This document shows, piece after piece, positions 61,932 through 64,000 of a DNA stretch of 64,000 nucleotides; the first letter of the stretch is position 1; each line of letters starts with the position of its first letter. The position numbers were made by a program, and so were the translations under genes. The DNA lies in contig CAVWPA010000003.1 in the NCBI GenBank assembly GCA_963756875.1, positions 1,600,001 to 1,664,000 on the forward strand, given 5' to 3'. The notes beneath the pieces were generated by a model. That model made no database searches and had not been told where the DNA came from. It was given only the letters and a program-made list of their open reading frames with translations. Source of the DNA: an uncultured Verrucomicrobiae bacterium. GTDB taxonomy: Bacteria; Verrucomicrobiota; Verrucomicrobiia; Chthoniobacterales; UBA10450.

Positions 61932-63077
61932 CTAGTATTTTTGCACTGTCGGATCGATTTCGTCGGTCCATGCGTCGATTCCGCCGGTGAGATTGAAAAC
62001 GTTGGTGAATCCGGCGCGCCGCAACAATTCGACTGCTCGCGCGCTGCGCATCCCGGTGTGGCAGTGAAGGATCGTTTGAGCGTTCCGCTCAATTTCGTCC
62101 AAACGGCTGCTCAATTCTCCCAACGGGATCAGGCTCGAGCCATCGATCCGGGCGATTTCGTATTCGAACGGTTCGCGCACATCAACCAACTGGATCTTTT
62201 CCTGCGCGTCGAATTTCCGCTTTAATTCCTGCACGGAAATCGCAGGCACTTCTGCAGTTGCCTGGCAAAACTGTTCGTAGTCGATGGGCGACGTGATTGT
62301 TGGGTTTTCGCCGCAAACGGGACATTGGGGATCGCGACGCACATTGAATTCGCGAAACTTCATTTTTAATGCGTCGAAGTTCAGGAACCGTCCGACCAGT
62401 GGTTCACCGATTCCCAAAACGAGTTTGATCGCTTCGATTGCCTGGACCAGTCCGATAATTCCCGGCAGCACGCCGAGTACGCCGGCTTGCGCACAATTCG
62501 GAACGCTCTCCGGCGGCGGCGGATCGGGAAACAAGCAGCGGTAACAGGGGCCTCCAAGGTGTGGCGCGAACACAGTGCTTTGGCCGTCAAACCGAAACAC
62601 CGCCCCGTAAATGTTCGGTTTGCGCTCAAAAACGCACACATCGTTCGATAAGTAACGCGTCGGAAAATTGTCCGAGCCGTCCACTACCACGTCGTAATTG
62701 GCGACGAGGCTGGAGGCGTTCCTTGCCGAGAACTGGCAATCGTGCAGCTCGATTTCAACGTTCGGGTTCGTGTCGTGCAACCGGTCGCGCGCCGAGTCCA
62801 GTTTTTTCCGGCCAACATCTTTTGTTCCGTGCAGAATCTGGCGCTGCAAATTCGAGGAATCGACGTTATCAAAATCGACGATTCCAATCGTGCCGACACC
62901 GGCGGCGGCGAGATACAACGCCGCAGGCGAGCCCAGGCCTCCGGCGCCGATGCACAGGACCCGCGCGGCCTTCAGACGTCGCTGTCCCTCCATGCCCACT
63001 TCAGGCATGATCAGGTGGCGCGAGTAACGGATTCGTTCCTCCTGGCTCAGAGATTCCGTGTCGGGACGATTGCGCAT
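61932..63077 (-). CDS. moeB: MoeB/ThiF adenylyltransferase fused to rhodanese (MoeZ-type)
   Basis: RYSRH, GAGGLGS, SNLQRQ, PCYRC, DVREP.E, HCHTGMRS. Confidence 0.93.
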   Translation of the reverse strand: MRNRPDTESLSQEERIRYSRHLIMPEVGMEGQRRLKAARVLCIGAGGLGSPAALYLAAAGVGTIGIVDFDNVDSSNLQRQILHGTKDVGRKKLDSARDRLHDTNPNVEIELHDCQFSARNASSLVANYDVVVDGSDNFPTRYLSNDVCVFERKPNIYGAVFRFDGQSTVFAPHLGGPCYRCLFPDPPPPESVPNCAQAGVLGVLPGIIGLVQAIEAIKLVLGIGEPLVGRFLNFDALKMKFREFNVRRDPQCPVCGENPTITSPIDYEQFCQATAEVPAISVQELKRKFDAQEKIQLVDVREPFEYEIARIDGSSLIPLGELSSRLDEIERNAQTILHCHTGMRSARAVELLRRAGFTNVFNLTGGIDAWTDEIDPTVQKY

Positions 63078-63110
63078 ATAATCAATAGTTTAGCACGCCT
63101 TTGAAGCGTT

Positions 63111-63193
63111 TGGAGGGCGTCCGCGCAGCTTGCCCTGAGCCCGCCGAACGGGGCGCCCACAAATATTGGGACACGACGGCGCGTGTCCCTCCA
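63111..63193. repeat. GGAG-type REP doublet (family C) with nested micro-element
   Basis: tggagggcgtc...gcgccca / tgggacacgacggcgcgtgtccctcca. Confidence 0.78.
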
Positions 63194-63196
63194 GGA

Positions 63197-63586
63197 TTAT
63201 TTTGACTTCACCAGGCCCCAGTTCATTCCAATGATGCGGTTGTTGTCGAACGGTTTCAACGATTTCGGAAACAGAAGATAGCTTGCACGTTTGCGTTCCT
63301 TGAATCCAACAATGCCAAACTCTGTTCCGGCCTCGCTCTTCTGGACTGTCATCACGCGATTTTTTTTGATCTGCGATTGCAATTGCCGATCCTGGGCCGG
63401 TTTTTGCCACAGCGTATAGACTTCAGGTTTGCCGCATTTCTCTACGACTTGAGTAAAGCGCGCTGTTTTCACCGTTAAAAGTCTCACGTTGTAGTTAACC
63501 GGCCTGCGGCCGGGTTGGACCGCGCACAACGCGGTGGCTGCAGCCGCAAAAAAAGTCCGCCAGAGAACTACGGCAAGGAGGATCAA
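63197..63586 (-). CDS. Hypothetical basic protein
   Basis: ORF with a plausible globular part from TARFTQVV; the true start is probably downstream of 63586. Confidence 0.5.
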   Translation of the reverse strand: MILLAVVLWRTFFAAAATALCAVQPGRRPVNYNVRLLTVKTARFTQVVEKCGKPEVYTLWQKPAQDRQLQSQIKKNRVMTVQKSEAGTEFGIVGFKERKRASYLLFPKSLKPFDNNRIIGMNWGLVKSK

Positions 63587-63798
63587 ACTACCGTTGCTGC
63601 ATTCCTGCCCTGGCGGGGTTCGTCAGTCCTCAATCCATAGCCCCTGACGGAGGCGAAAAGTTCATCGCAAGATGGGCGTTGTGCAATTGAAATGAGGAAT
63701 TAAGAGAAGCCGCTGCTCCAGCCTGTGGAAAATTTCGCTTCTGTAGCGCCAGGATCTGCGCATTGTCCGCGTTGACACGTCACCTCACTTCTGATTGC

Positions 63799-64000
63799 AT
63801 GGCCGTCGTGAAATGGCTGGCTGTTCTATTGCTGATGGCCTTTGTGGTCGTTACGAATTCGTGCACGACACTTGTAAACCGGCGTGACCTTTATAGTCCC
63901 GAGCCGGCACCGAACTCGCGCGAAACAATGCAACGAATGGCGGGAAACGGGCCCGCGGCGGCAACAACGACGACGACAACCACCACCATAACGGCGCCAA
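63799..64000 (+). CDS. Partial lipoprotein, runs off the window
   Basis: MAVVKWLAVLLLMAFVVVTNSC then a Thr-rich stretch; no stop before 64000. Confidence 0.6.
   Translation, partial: MAVVKWLAVLLLMAFVVVTNSCTTLVNRRDLYSPEPAPNSRETMQRMAGNGPAAATTTTTTTTITAP

Overview
A 64-kb, GC-rich chromosomal window that looks like a soil Verrucomicrobiota genome (Spartobacteria/Chthoniobacterales-like). This assignment is inferred from an Amuc_1098-1102-type pilus operon, mcsA-mcsB-clpC and the style of the secreted proteins. Housekeeping genes (ilvE, mcsAB-clpC, xerC, mlaEFD, trpS, coaE, rho, rnd, moeB) alternate with envelope loci: three collagen/fibre-like genes next to a TMTC-like glycosyltransferase, the pilus/secretin operon, and a 13-kb array of five FecR-domain secreted proteins around an outer-membrane beta-barrel. 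The strongest signal not explained by gene annotation is a layered set of small mobile palindromes. There are two REP-associated tyrosine transposases (RAYT), each with its own REP family, and one sits inside the loop of its own REP doublet. REP doublets are translated in-frame inside Rho, the TMTC-like protein and possibly the secretin. Insertions at pilus-operon junctions duplicate gene starts and keep translational coupling. MITEs with 9-bp target duplications carry REP doublets as cargo, and 18-40-bp micro-elements sit nested in REP stems and loops. Several genes (22.7-23.7 kb, 34.6-39.5 kb, rho, last FecR gene) carry frameshifts that may be sequencing or assembly indels. No rRNA, tRNA or CRISPR array was seen. 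All family assignments come from motif recognition by eye, not database searches.
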